A DNA stretch of 62,420 bases, filler included, from Sphacelaria rigidula (lineage: Eukaryota), in the NCBI GenBank assembly GCA_964200075.2. It is 11 parts of 11 records of this genome, joined end to end, with 100 filler letters (N's around TTAATTAATTAA, not from the genome) between each part and the next. Parts side by side here need not be neighbours in the genome. Positions count along the whole stretch, not along the records: positions 22,737 to 28,320 come from CAXNAA020026112.1; positions 28,421 to 34,004 come from CAXNAA020026113.1; positions 34,105 to 39,688 come from CAXNAA020026114.1; 8 more parts are not named here. One strand, given 5' to 3'. Below the pieces are notes generated by a model that was not told where the DNA came from, ran no database searches, and was given only the letters and a program-made list of their open reading frames with translations. Positions 24,746 through 37,212 of the stretch are shown here, piece by piece (within the stretch, counting starts at the first letter, position 1; each line of letters starts with the position of its first letter). The translations under genes were made by a program, and so were the position numbers.

Positions 24746-25194
24746 TTGGAATAGGTTCCATCGTCGATATTCAGCGACGTGTAGGTAGCTTGACGGAGAA
24801 TTACCCTGTGAAGATGCAGCTACACACGAGTGTCATTGTATATCACACCCATGAACTCCCGTGCTTGGGACAACACTTTTCCCGCCCCTCCATTTGATGG
24901 TTATCGTCGGTTGGGAACAACGTTGCAAAACACCCCACTCATCGCTCAAGACAGGCAATCAGGTTGCGGGGGAAGTGGGGGTGAGGGTTGCCTGCGATAT
25001 CTTTTGCGGAAACCATGATGGTGATCGAGTACTACATCATATTGTGCGGGGTAGCAAGGGGATGATCGTTCTACGTAGTGTTGAAATGGTAAGACACCCA
25101 TGAGGCAATGTGTAACCCGTGGCTGTCTCTGGAAGTGGCGATACCGGACAATGAAGCAACTCAGTGTAGGCTATCATCCTAATCTAAGGTAATC

Positions 25195-25398
25195 AGTGCG
25201 TTTCAGGTCGAACAATCTTAGCAGGACGCAGCTCACCCTTCATGCGACTCGCCGAACACATCACGGCGATTCGCGCTTGGTGATTGATTGCGAGTCTGAT
25301 CCGGCGGAAACCCGGGGTGATTCGTCCTGGCTTTGTAGGGATGCAAGGTCAATGGTCGCACGACTACGGCATCCAGAATCATGATGTACGTCCCCCCC
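25195..25398 (+). repeat. Family D, copy 2, ending in GTACGT-poly(C)
   Basis: gcagctcacccttcatgcgactcgccgaacacatcacggcg...agggatgcaaggtcaatggtcgcacgactacggcat...gtacgtcccccc. Confidence 0.8.
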
Positions 25399-26533
25399 AC
25401 CACCACCATGGTATGACTCGTCCGCTGCTGGTGGACAACGGATACCATTACACAGTGGTCGTGGCCACACTTAGTGTATTGGGAGCTGATGTTTACGTAG
25501 TGCATAGGTGAAGCGACGTTGCTCACAAGGCACATCAGTGGACTACGCGGAAAAAAAAACTCCCAGAAAATGATAATTCGTTCACCTCGGACTCTCCCAT
25601 GGCAAGCGCAGCTTGGAAGGCCGCCCTGGCGCTGTTGTAGAGAGCGTTGTACGCCTCGCGGTGATTGTCATCCATTTCCACCGAGTGTACTTCCACCACC
25701 TGCACACGAAAAAAGAGACGATATATATGATTTATTTTTCTCCTTCTATTCCCCGTGTGGTTACAACACGAGAACTTGAAGCTCCAGAACCTGAAAGTGG
25801 ATCAATCACGGCATGAACCGTTTCCATATTTACAGCAAGCAGTACATATGAGACCTCGAACACCGTATATATCGTTCTCGGACGTGGGAACAAATACCCT
25901 CATGAGTCCCGGACGTGAGCCGCTTGGAAGAAGCTGTCCATAACTGTGTGTGTGTGGAGGGTAAGGAGTACCCGGAAAATACATGATCCCGTCCTAGTGG
26001 CTCACAGCCGTAACCCACGTGACGATCACTATCACGTGTGACAGCGGTAGCCTGTTTCATTTGGCGTCTATGGTAGCACCCCAACCTCCGCATGGCACAC
26101 TCATTGGGTGTGCCGAAGCATTGCATGGTGGGTGCAGGACGAAAAGGAAAAAAAAAAACAGATCATGTGTGAGCATCAGCGTAGAATCCTTGTCCCCAAA
26201 CACGCCGAACACACACACATGCGACAAGATACGACCCCTTTCACATGTTTCCGGTAACGTTCTGATAAAACGGATGTTGTGTCGCCTCGAGTCAACATTC
26301 ATCCCGTCATCGGGCGATCACCATACTTCGACGAGAGGTGCAGTTCCCACGGGTTGCCCCCTGTTGTCACTTCTCAACTTTTGATATAAGCCCACCTCGA
26401 CCTCGATACACACGTAAGGACAATCGAACGCACAACCTCGTCCTGGGCTCACTCTCGTTACCGACGGACGTATCTGCACGCATCTCTTTGGGGTGGTGGC
26501 GCCGTAGCAATGACCAACAAGAGGAACGTCTTC

Positions 26534-27002
26534 GAGTCATCCTATGATAGGGGAGGGGGGGGGGGGGTATTTTGGGCCACTTCTTGCACGAAATTTCTAG
26601 TCGAATCGTCGTTGAAAGGAGCAACGGTTGCTCGAACGGGCTTGTCATAGATATATAACGCTCATTTATACCGGTTGGCACTATTTTGAACCAAATGCAA
26701 GCGCACCGCGGGTGTGGCAGGTCGTCTGACACACTTTTGAGCCTCTTTTGTCGTGGTCAATGGTCAAATGACAAAGGCAAGCAACAAATGAGTACGCCCC
26801 CCCCCTCCCAGGGTAATGAGCGCCAGAATGTTGGAGGTGTCTCTATTAGGAGTAGGAACGATNNNNNNNNNNGCCAGAATGTTGGAGGTGTCTCTATTAG
26901 GAGTAGGAACGCTGCTCCGTCTCGAAAGGGATGTGTGGTCAATGGTCAAACGACTAAGGCAAGCAACAAGTGAGTACGCCCCCTCCCATCGAAGGATGAC
27001 TC
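26534..27002. mobile_element. Non-autonomous Sola-like element (GAG...CTC, 4-bp TSD) carrying family C copies
   Basis: TIR GAGTCATCCTAYGATAGGG / CCCATCGAAGGATGACTC. TSD CTTC at 26530-26533 and 27003-27006. Confidence 0.8.
26752..26987 (+). repeat. Family C, tandem copies
   Basis: Two ...gagtacgccccc ends. The second abuts the C-run of the Sola-like TIR. Confidence 0.8.
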
Positions 27003-27792
27003 CTTCTGGAAGACCATTTTCACATTTACAGTGTGGATGAGGCTCAGGCATGCAGAGAGGACCGACTCTTGACATAGTGCTTTTGCACGACGCGACGGAA
27101 AACGTAAACGAACGTTTTCGCAATCGCCAACCTTCCTTCCCGCCATGGTCGGCAAAGCCAAGATACACAACACGCCCAAACCATATGACTACGGCCCTCC
27201 GAAGATCCGACCTCTCTACTCCGTCGTTTTGAACCCTGTCGTGTAAAGGAAATTTCACACACTGCGCGCCAACCCTGGGCAACGTCACCTCCATACCCAA
27301 CTACAGTACACCTCGATATCAACAAGACCGACGTACACATTAACACGCATAAAGTTCAAACACACTCACGCATTATAAAAACAAGATACCTCCCCTCCTT
27401 CTGCAGAAGGTCGCCGCCCAGAACCCCACAACACGCGAAGACCCAACAACAACAAACACCTTCCTTGAAAGGGACCACTAGCCCTTGGAAAAACAAAGCA
27501 AAAGAGTATCAAAACGTCCCTCCATCATCTGAGAAGGCGAGGTGGACGACTCCAGAGTGACATGGCTTGCCCACCTCGAACTTTTCGAACCCCCAGGTGG
27601 TACTCAGGGGGTGTTATACTACGTATCTCGGCATCATACCATAGATACTGCAGCGACATCAAGCTAAAAAAGATGAAAAGCCATTCACCTGGTGCCATCT
27701 ACGGGGTGGGGATGATAAACTACGTACAGGCGACATACACCGCCACCTACGATACAGGAGAACCCTGGTCTCGCTCTCGCACACATCATCAC

Positions 27793-28047
27793 CTTGGGTG
27801 GGAGCTTGCCGCCCAGGAGCCTCTTGTTACGGCGCAGGCACACGCTCTTCATGAGCACCCTCAGCCGGGCTAGGCCTTCATCCTCGCCCGACTGGATGGG
27901 CCTACCGATGGCCCTCTTGAACACCGAGGCAGATGACGCCGGCGCCATGCGCAGGAAGGTGAAGAGGGAACCGATGTCCTCTGGCCTGTTCTGGAGCGGT
28001 GTGCCCGTGAGACACCACCTGTGTTTAGCAGACAGTGCCACACACGC
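27793..28047 (-). CDS. Internal exon of a SNF2-family helicase, RAD5/HLTF/RAD16-like
   Basis: ttggcag acceptor and gtgatg donor, 255 nt, phase 0: ACVALSAKHRWCLTGTPLQN...LRVLMKSVCLRRNK...LPPK (helicase motif III and LRRxK box). Confidence 0.9.
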
Positions 28048-28139
28048 CTGCCAAAAATGGTGCGATGAATATTGAAGAAAATGGACAACTGATTAGTTGT
28101 TGAATTATATTTCTTCTTTAAAAAATGGCGAGAGACAGA

Positions 28140-28320
28140 GGGGGGTGGGGTGTACTCATGATCTTGCATGCCGTAGTCGTGTGGCCATTTATCTCGCATC
28201 CCTACAAAGCCGGGACGGATCACCCCGGGTTTTCGGCGGACCAGGCTCGCACTCGATCACCACGCGCGAAGCGCCGTGGTGTGTTCGGCGAGTCGCACGA
28301 AGGGTGAGCTGCATCCTGCT
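28140..28320 (-). repeat. Family D, copy 3, truncated by contig end
   Basis: gggggtggggtgtactcatgatcttgcatgccgtagtcg...gaagggtgagctgcatcctgct. Confidence 0.8.
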
Positions 28321-28420
28321 NNNNNNNNNNNNNNNNNNNNNNNNNNNNNNNNNNNNNNNNNNNNTTAATTAATTAANNNNNNNNNNNNNNNNNNNNNNNN
28401 NNNNNNNNNNNNNNNNNNNN

Positions 28421-28474
28421 GAGCCCCTTTTTTCGTGCAACCAAATACCCCCCCCCCCTATCGTAGGATGACTC
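28421..28474. mobile_element. Sola-like TIR at contig start, interrupting the Copia pol
   Basis: ccccccctatcgtaggatgactc. The same terminus occurs at 33960-34004 and 45490-45530. Confidence 0.8.
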
Positions 28475-28505
28475 CTGAGTGTACCACGTTCGTCGGTGGA
28501 ACGGA

Positions 28506-29000
28506 CTAGAATCGAACGCTTGGGCGAGGGGAAGGAATTCCTACGGCTGGCACGGCAAGTGGCGGGTTCTGATATGTTGGCGGTAAGCGGATGGTCCTTT
28601 GTGATGAAGACCGCTCATTGCAAACAAAGTGAAGCTGACCGTCAAACATATGTACCCCTGTTTCAGTCAAGAGTACGCCCTGATTTTTCTGCACTTGGTG
28701 CAGAGAAAAAAGGTTGAAATGTATACCTTCAAGAACGAAGTCATCAGTTTGCTGCACGCAAAATTCTGAAGACGCACCGACGGGTTTCGGGACGGTGGGA
28801 TTTGCCATATGAAATTTTAGCTGCAAAATCCCTACTGCTCGGACAGGAAGAATTGTTCCGTCCCCCACAATCACCTGTTCATTTCCTTTCGGGCGGAGGC
28901 GTAGATCAAACATACCATTCATTGAACCAGTCGTATGGTATGAAGCACCATTGTCGGCAATACACTCCTCCGTACCATCACTCACATCAAACCCCGACCC
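28506..29000 (-). pseudogene. Copia aspartic protease region
   Basis: CIADNGASYHTTG (WIADSGASxHM type), VIVGDG and NLFSL. Confidence 0.8.
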
Positions 29001-30353
29001 ACTCTGGTTAATGAAAATCACCCGACACAAAAAGTGACTCGCCTTGTGATATACTATGCGCCATGCGCAGGTGGAGCGTCGCAGAGGATGTAGCTGAACC
29101 GGAGGAAGACTGATCAGAATCAGGTTGGGTATGATGAGGTGTTCGCTGCTGGTGTAGTTGATGGGCTTGCTGCAGTTGAAATTCACCTGTTTTGATGGTG
29201 ACTGGATCTGGTTGTTGGTGGCGATTGCGGAGGATTGCGGAGGATTGCGGGGAAAGTGGATACAGTGCGCGTAACCTACACCGCTGAGTAACCTACACCG
29301 CTGAAGTTGCTGCTATCTTCCAACACCCACCCGTCTTCTTCCGTTCCGTTCCAGTGTTCTCGATGTGACTGCTTTCTTCGTACCCCCCTTGGTCACCGTA
29401 CAGTTGCACGGTGTTGACCGATCCATAGCAATGGGTCCAAGGGGGGGGGGGCTGGTGTCCTCCGTGATGAGATTGACTTTGGGCAGGATTCACATGACGT
29501 ACCTTCGGATTGACTTGTGGGCGCACCACTCTACGCCATGGGCAAAACGTATGCATGTGGCCCAATCTATCGCACGTGATGCATCGTTTACGCGGGTCTG
29601 GGTGGACTGGGGGTTCCTTGCCAATAGGGCGGTATAAGCCATCAGGATAACGTGAGTAGTCATATCCACCTTACATCGGATCATAATACGGCAGCTGGCT
29701 GCCTGGGTAGGCATCCCCACCCTCGCGCCCCAAACCACCGTACCTGGAACTAAATCCTCGCCCTGCGCCCTGTCCTCCACGTCTCGCTTGCTACTGTTGC
29801 TGTAGTCGCTGCTGCTGTTGTGGTTGATGACGTTGTTGCTGTGATGGTTGAGCGTGCATTCTAGCGCGTCCGTTACCCCCTCAACCTCCAAAACTGTCTG
29901 AACTATGGTACTACTGCTGGCGAACACCATTCCACGTACCACGATCACCACGTCTTTTCGGTGCGTGCACATTTCGTGGTGCGTTGCATTCAGAGTCGCC
30001 ATGCTGAGTGGTATTGTGGAAATAACAAAAAATGCATCATTCTGTTGTCGACGTCTCTCACCCCCTTGCTGTCGTCCGTTTTGCAGTACGCCCCCGCCTC
30101 TGCCACCCCCAGTGGCAGCGACGAGCGCGTGGTCCTGAATCCCGTCCTGATTCCTGCCTGCCTCGCTCCTGGCCAGATCCATCTCTCCATGCGCCGTCAT
30201 CATCATGCGCTCAAGAGTCTCTGTCGTTACTCCATCCTGCGCGAGCAAGACGCCGCGCTGTATTTCAGAATCAGATGACAGGCGGCGTATGTAGTGCCGG
30301 TTGGCATCTGAATCGGATATTATGACTCCAAGTTTCGCACCCTTATACCTGAT

Positions 30354-31076
30354 TTACTTTGCTCTGTCAAGGAATATGCGGGGGTCCTCTCCAATGTTCA
30401 TATCTAGACTCTGCCACTCATGTTTCAACTGCCCCTTCTCAGTAGTTGAGGATACCGTGTAGTGGTCTGCGATGTACCTCCATTCCTCGCTGGGATTACC
30501 AAGTCTTACTAGTTGCTGGACGAGCGGAGCATACGCTACTTTCTCGACCAGTATGTTCCATGCTTTAATGACCTGCTCCACCAAGTCGTTTCCGAATCTC
30601 TCTATCAAATCCTGCTCTCTTTCAAAATGTACTCTTATAGGGAGAGATGTGTAAAGAGCCTCTTCGCAGAGCTCCTGTTTCAAACACGCCGTCATCTGCA
30701 GCTTGAACACCATGAATTTATGTCTTACTTCCGCATCACTTTTCGTCGTACCATCCCACGCTGCTATACTGTTATGTAACCGTACCCTTAATATGCCAGA
30801 CTGGCCCATCTGGGCTCGATGTGGCGTGTGCAGACGTGCGTCTTGAAATGCTGCCGTGTTCGTAGGTTGGATGCGCTGCTGGGGGGCCGTCGCTCTTGTC
30901 GCTGACGTGCGCGCTTCCAGGCTCGGCTCCTCGTCCTGTGCTTGACTTTGCTGTCGAAGGTCTTGTAGCTTTCTTGTTTGCTCCTGCATAATTCCTGATG
31001 GGATCTCCCTTGCCGCATCTTGGTCGGCTTCTGGCATTTTTGCGGTGATGTCGTCTATTTTATTTTCCCAGTCCAT
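30354..31076 (-). pseudogene. Copia gag (UBN2/retrotran_gag-like), disrupted
   Basis: KAWNILV...PSEEWRYIADHY...LKHEWQSLDMNIGEDPRIFLDRAK fits the Copia gag helical pattern. Confidence 0.75.
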
Positions 31077-31199
31077 TTTCGATGTCTGAAGAAACCCTGT
31101 GGTTACCCTGTAGCAATGCGTAGCCCGATCGCTAGCGCAAAGGCTTAATTGCTTGCTCGGCGCAAGGGTCCATGTTTGCGAGAAAGGTCGTGGGACCTC

Positions 31200-31420
31200 T
31201 GTTGTTGTATTTATTCCCCGGTAGAAGAATATATATTGTACTCTCCAAGTAGAATGTAAAAACCCACTCGTGCACTGCCAAAACGGGGGGGTTCAATCAT
31301 GTGAAAATCGCTCATGCAAAAATAACACGGCATACCCTCATTCCTTGGCCACGCGATGAGGCGTGTACCCCCCAGCAGATATCTACTGCAACCATCATAT
31401 CGGGTATACCTTGAATAACA
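31200..31420 (-). repeat. Putative 5' LTR (221 bp)
   Basis: TGTTGTT...AATAACA inverted ends, with minus-strand AATAAA near its 3' end, just upstream of gag. Confidence 0.65.
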
Positions 31421-32232
31421 GAACTGTATACCCTATTTGCCTTTGCTCATACGTCATGATTCAATCACAATATCCACTTCCCTTGCATCCAGGCATGTTT
31501 ACATGTGTCTATCATTGAGTGTGAGTATGTTCGATAAGCCCTCCTACTCACGGCTCAACTCTACTCAAGTCTCAGGTCTCATATTCTCATACTCGATTAA
31601 TAGTGTCAGCCGTCTTGCCCGCAAAAGTTATTGCACATTTGCACTGAATCAAACGTTCGTAGCGAAAAGTAGATTATCGCGGAGACCACCCCGTCCTATT
31701 TCAGCAGTATCGGTAACACAGCACAGGGGGTTTGATAATTCGCGGGAGCAGGTATTATTGTTGAGGATGGGTCGTGGGAATCTGCATAATAATCGCAGTA
31801 ATTACAAACTAAGTGCGAATGCACGCTCCGATCGCGATATGACGATATTCTGATCTTGAAAGTGAAAGTATTATCCGCTATTCTCACTTCCCCCTCTACT
31901 CGGAGGTGACGAATATTTCACAGTAATTTGCAGTCAAATATACCGAGAACCTTGAGTTTGAGATACTGGACCTCTGGAACGTGGGTTTACACGTTCCTGG
32001 TCGCTCTCTTCAAAGAGTTGACGCCACGCACGACTGTCGGCGAATTAATTTTCATTCGTCCTGAAGATCTCGGCGCCTGCGGGAGAGGGTAGAACAAGGT
32101 ACAGCCCGCGATTCAATGCCGGCGGATCGTGTTGCCCAGTGAGAATTCTCAGTAACAATAGCCCAAGTGAAGCTGCACCGGTGAGCGCGGCACGTGATGT
32201 AAACGTGTTCGCAGCGGTAGTGATGGTGCAAA

Positions 32233-32634
32233 CACACGCGGCCATTCGGCTACCCCCATAAACATCCTCCATCGCGAATTTCATCCTCTCGAGGGTAAAG
32301 TGACTCTCCGGAGGATAAAAACACCCTCTAGAGGGTATTTCATACTCAGTCCCGCTCATAAAACGAATCCTCTGGAGGGCATCTCATCATCCAGTGACAT
32401 CTGAGGTCTGGATTCCTCGAGAGTAACCAAGAAGATGGTGCTCTGGAGGGCTACGCATCCTCCAAGTTCCTCCAGAGGGTGTGCGGGCCTCTAGAAGCAA
32501 AGCAAGCCTCTGCAGGCGTTCGATCCCACCTCTCCGGAGGGCCGCGCACCCTCTAGTGGCGTTTAATGCCTCTAGAGGCTCGAAAAGTTGACCGGAACAG
32601 AGTATTTTGGGGGGAAGTCGAATGGCCGCGTGTG
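32233..32634. mobile_element. Short EnSpm/CACTA-like non-autonomous element
   Basis: TIR CACACGCGGCCATTCG, AA(A) flanks, and many internal CTCTRGAGG motifs in both orientations. Confidence 0.8.
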
Positions 32635-32983
32635 AAACCACACACTCACGCTGCGTACCCTTAACACGTGCAAAACTGTAAGATCTAGCACGCTGTAGAC
32701 GGTACGTGGAGCTGCGGCACAAAACAATACAGGCTGCTGCAGCTGTTGTGCACAATTATGTAGCAGTACTTCAGATTTCCCACCACTACTGCAGTGTCTG
32801 CAGGCGCCTGTGTTATGACTCTCACAACTATGTGCCTCGAATGCACCCCCGGTCCTTTCTGCCGTAGAGTAGGCGTTTTGGTTCATGACAAAAGGATGAT
32901 TCTGAACCCAAAAAGTGGACTACCTTACTCAGTCTTCCAGCGGGAGGGTCGCTGTCTAAGGGTTAACCCTTTTGGAATCCATT

Positions 32984-33959
32984 AACAGTGGACCCTAATT
33001 TTTGGGGTTGGTCTCTAAAATGGGGTTGAAGTGGCATTTCTCTCTTGCAGGGAAGACGCGAAACACTTGCGACCGGGCGAAGCCATCTCCCCCCCCAAAT
33101 GTCCGCAGCCGTTGAGCAGCTGTGGCTGGGTGCACCTAACGAATGCGGTGTACGATGTACACACGTGTCGGTGACGATATCACCAGAGAGAGAAGCAACG
33201 ACAAAGAGGAAGCTCCTCGCCCGTGCCCTTTGTGTGTCCCCGCTCGGCGACTACCAAACTCTCGAGAGACTGGCATCATTGATCTTACCAGCACGTGCCG
33301 AATTTTTCATGTGCCAGAGTATCGGCGTGCGGAGAGATCCGGTCGTCTCTCCTTGCCTGCCGCCAACGCGAAGATCGATTTCTCGCTGCCTCTCGTTTTT
33401 GACAGGACGAGCCTCTGTGCGCTGAAAAACATGTTGAAAAAAAGGGCAATCTTCCTGTCACCGCTACTACTGCTCTCTGCCACACACATGCCAGCAAGGA
33501 TGGTGCTGCGGCAATAACAGATATACCCAATTTGAGCTTAGGGGGCGTTATTCATCGTTGAGTTTCGCCGATCTCCCGCCCCAACGGGGTGCCCAAGCAG
33601 AAGGGCATGTCATACGCCAGTCGAGGGGAGTGTATGAGATATCAAACACTTGTAGAAACCTATTTGACATGCGGAGTGAAAAAAGATACCTATTGTGGTG
33701 ACCTAACTGTTGCTAGCGTGGCACATAGGCGTCAGCCCATGCCGCAACCCGCAGCACACGCTGAACAGCTCGGTACAGTAGTACGAGTAGGTTCCCATGA
33801 GTAATAATCATTCCGATGTCAGGAGGTCATGTGCTATCGCAAGTTGGGAGGATAGACGAGAGTGCTCTAACATACGATCAACCGCATGTCGTTGCATTCG
33901 AGACCCACGCCATCAACTGCCGACAGCAAGGGTCTAGTGGCTTTCACGCGACGCGGTCG
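32984..33959 (+). mobile_element. Interspersed repeat family A, copy 3
   Basis: aacagtggaccc start, homologous to copies 1 and 2, cut by a Sola-like TIR at 33960. Confidence 0.8.
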
Positions 33960-34004
33960 GAGTCATCCTACGATAGGGGGGGGGTATTTTGGGCCATTTT
34001 TTGC
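33960..34004. mobile_element. Sola-like TIR at contig end
   Basis: gagtcatcctacgatagggggggggtattttgggcc. Confidence 0.8.
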
Positions 34005-34928
34005 NNNNNNNNNNNNNNNNNNNNNNNNNNNNNNNNNNNNNNNNNNNNTTAATTAATTAANNNNNNNNNNNNNNNNNNNNNNNNNNNNNNNNNNNNNNNN
34101 NNNNCTTTCGCGTATACACTTTGAGGGCACGGAAGACGGGCAACCCCCGAAATAGTTTTAAGAAGGGCGGGGGGCATGAGGTCGTTCATGTGAAATTCAT
34201 TGGTCATGACTTTAGGTCAGGAAAAGCACTGTTATCGAGTTGAAACTCATTAAAATCTTGAACCTCAAAAACGAATCCAGGCTGTTACGGACAGCTTTAC
34301 AAAATATGACGTAGCGATGTACTGTAGCGCGTGGCGTGATATCCCGCCTATACGTTTGCCGCACATACAAGCGGCTGCGTTCGTGATGTGGCGAACTGCA
34401 TAGGACAACGCCAAATCAATGCAGGACAGGAAGAGGCTAAGAATGTCACGTCCTGCGGTGTGCTTTGTCACCCTGCACCCTACCGCTGTGCAGTGAGCAG
34501 GCAGTAGCGCCGAATGGCTCACGATGCGGTTGGTACACAGTAGTATCGGCTGCACACCCGTAGGGTAACCTACAGTGAATTGAATAAAATACGTTGAACT
34601 AAATTACACGCGCGGAGAGCGTTATGTTCGAGCAGCATGCGCGCTAGCGTTTTCCGTGTTGTCGACATCATGCCAGCGCGCTGGTGGTGCCTAAAGCGCT
34701 GTACTCCCCTGTGGCAGCCCGTCACGGTAGTGCTCCTCATGTTTCAAAACGCTTTATTCGAAAACACGCAGAAGAGATGCCAGTGAGTCCATCGTTGTTG
34801 CACTTGGATTGTGGTGAACCAGTTGTTTTTCGATAGAACCCCCGCATGCTGCGTGTTGTACCAAATACTATACCGTACCAGTTCAATAACGGATACTGTA
34901 TGCATTATATATAGGCCACCGACGACTA

Positions 34929-35168
34929 CTGCCGAGATAGCCCCCCCACGAAAAGTGCACCGGAGACCGTCCGGCAAACCGGCTGCGATCCCACTATTGG
35001 GCTCGTTTGCAGAAATTCCACCCACATGATAGGCGTGTAGCAGTCCAAAATTAGCTATAACGCCCAAATGAGTCGCGTCGTGCAGCAAAATACCAGCTCT
35101 GACGGCATTTATGGTCATCGCCTCCGTGCACTGTTTTGGCCGGTTCGGGGGGGGGGCTATCTCGGCAG
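34929..35168. mobile_element. Small TIR element
   Basis: CTGCCGAGATAGCCCCCCC / GGGGGGGCTATCTCGGCAG. TA on the left flank only. Confidence 0.6.
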
Positions 35169-35989
35169 CTGTCCGACATTCTCTGGTTATCATGAACTGT
35201 GTACGAGGCGCGGGAAGCGTATTTTTTGTCAGGGAATGCTATTAATAGGACACAACCACACTACCGTACAGGCAGTATGAAAAACGTGATTCGAACGAGA
35301 CACAAGACGAAATATTTACATCATGATGAATACCTGGGCGTTTTGGTACTGAGCCGAGTCCTCCAGTCCCTCCACCACCTACCATACGAAGATAGCAAGG
35401 GACGAATCAATGGTCCGTCCGGAAATTATTTGATTTTTAATGCAATTGATTCGTACCGTAGAAATCAATCCTTGCGCTTTGTTTTCAGCGATTCAACCCA
35501 GGTACGCGTAGCCCAGGCATGTGGAATGGCGCAAAAGTTGCGTGGAGACCTGTTTGACCAGCGGTCAACGTTTTTCTCTCTTTCGAGCGATCAGGGCTAG
35601 GATATCGTGGATTGGTGATTCAAACCGGCGATGATTCGTCCGAATCATGGAAGATAGATACCATGTGTGAATGACAAAATAAGTTATGGACAGACCTTTT
35701 CACTTTAGAGTAGAAGGGCCCAGCCGAGACCACTCCGGTTTCACCGCCGAAATCCGAGACGGCAGCGTGACGAACACCGAAATAAATGGAAATTGGAAGC
35801 GCCCTGGACACGGGGTAATCTATGTTGATGAAAGATTTCAACGCTCGATTTTCCGAGCAATATAGGTGCGTGTGTTGTTGTGCACTATTCCCATCTGTAT
35901 AGCGACACAGAACACAATAGGGCATTATTTTTGTAGGCCTAAACCTTGGCTCAGGTTTTAGTACATTGTACACGTCGGACGATTCACTA

Positions 35990-36345
35990 CTCGTCGAAGC
36001 GCGTGCACTCGTGGATGTTTTTTGAGAACACAACGAGCATGACTCGAGTGCTCGCCCAATCATTATTTTCCCGTAACGAGCAATGATTCCAGTGCTCACC
36101 CTACTATTTCTTCCCCACAGCCAGCAATGACTCGAGTGCTCGCCTCATCGACGTTTTCCGCAACGGGCAATGACTCGAGTGCTCGCGCTGCTGATTTTTT
36201 CCACAACGAGCAATGAGTCGAGTGCTCGCACCGTTATTTTTTTTCACAACGAGTAATGGCTCGAGTGCTCGTCCTACTATTTTTCCCCCCACCACGAGCA
36301 ATGACTCGAGTGCTCGCGATGCTTTTGCCAGGAGAACGACGAGCA
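35990..36345 (+). repeat. Degenerate ~42-45-bp tandem array
   Basis: About 7 copies of acgagcaatgactcgagtgctcgc separated by variable T-rich spacers. Confidence 0.85.
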
Positions 36346-36734
36346 AGGCGTGTCGTTTGTTGTCTCGTACGCGCGAAGCAGACTCCATGGCGGGTCAGGT
36401 GCGGCGTGTGGTTACTTCGTGTGTTGTTGGTTGTTGTCGACAGGATCATCCACAAAGGCGCAGCCAGCACGCTGACACATCCAAGGAAAACGCGGCGTGA
36501 CCCTCTTGTGACGGTCTGCCGTCCAAAACGCAAAAATCCGTGGGCCAAAATCTGTGCTTGCCGACCCCCGCCAGTTTGCCCAAAACTCTGTGGGACTCGG
36601 ACCCCGAATCTTGGCCGCAGATTATTTCACCCAAAACTTCGAATAATGTGTACCCATAACATGGGCGTCACACGAATTATTTCAAAAACTAAACATCCGG
36701 GGCCGAAGATCTGTTGCCATAACATCGCGCCTGA

Positions 36735-37212
36735 GGCCGGATGTTATGGCAACAGACTTTTGGCCCACGGATTGTTCACCTTTGAGACCTTTGACCCCCC
36801 TTTTGACCCCCAAACAGAGAAAATCGCCAACACACGTCTTGGACACTTTGCATCACTCCACAGAGAGGAGCCTAGCCCACCTTTCAGATCCGCTTGGCTC
36901 CAAGGTTTCGAGATTGGCCGCTGAACAAAATTTCGTGTGCGAAAATCCGTGCTTGCCGATCCCCGCCAGTTTGCCCAACAATGTGTGGAGATCGCTATAG
37001 ATTTTCTTCCACACGGATTATTGTTCGGCGGCCAATCTCGAAACCTTGGAGTCAAGCGAATCTGAAAAGTGGGTTAGGCTCCTCTCTGTGGGGTGATGCA
37101 AAATGTCCAAGACGTGTGTTGGCGATTTCCCTGTTTGGGGGTCAAAAGGGGGGTCAAACGCCAAACAGTGAACAGTCCGTGGGCCAAAAATCTGTTGCCA
37201 TAGCATCCGGCC
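36735..37212. mobile_element. PIF/Harbinger-type fold-back MITE (~210-bp TIRs)
   Basis: TGA|GGCCGGATG...CATCCGGCC|TAA. A related copy ends immediately upstream at 36731. Confidence 0.85.

Larger units (their letters stand above)
28475..31420 (-). mobile_element. Decayed Ty1/Copia LTR retrotransposon, 5' half
   Basis: 5' LTR, gag (30354-31076 and frameshifted continuation) and protease IADNGASYHTTG...FNLFSL (~28700-28980). Multiple frameshifts. Confidence 0.85.

Noticed and set aside
26822..26911. 39-bp direct duplication around the 10-N gap
   Set aside because: Typical unmerged scaffold overlap rather than a real repeat.
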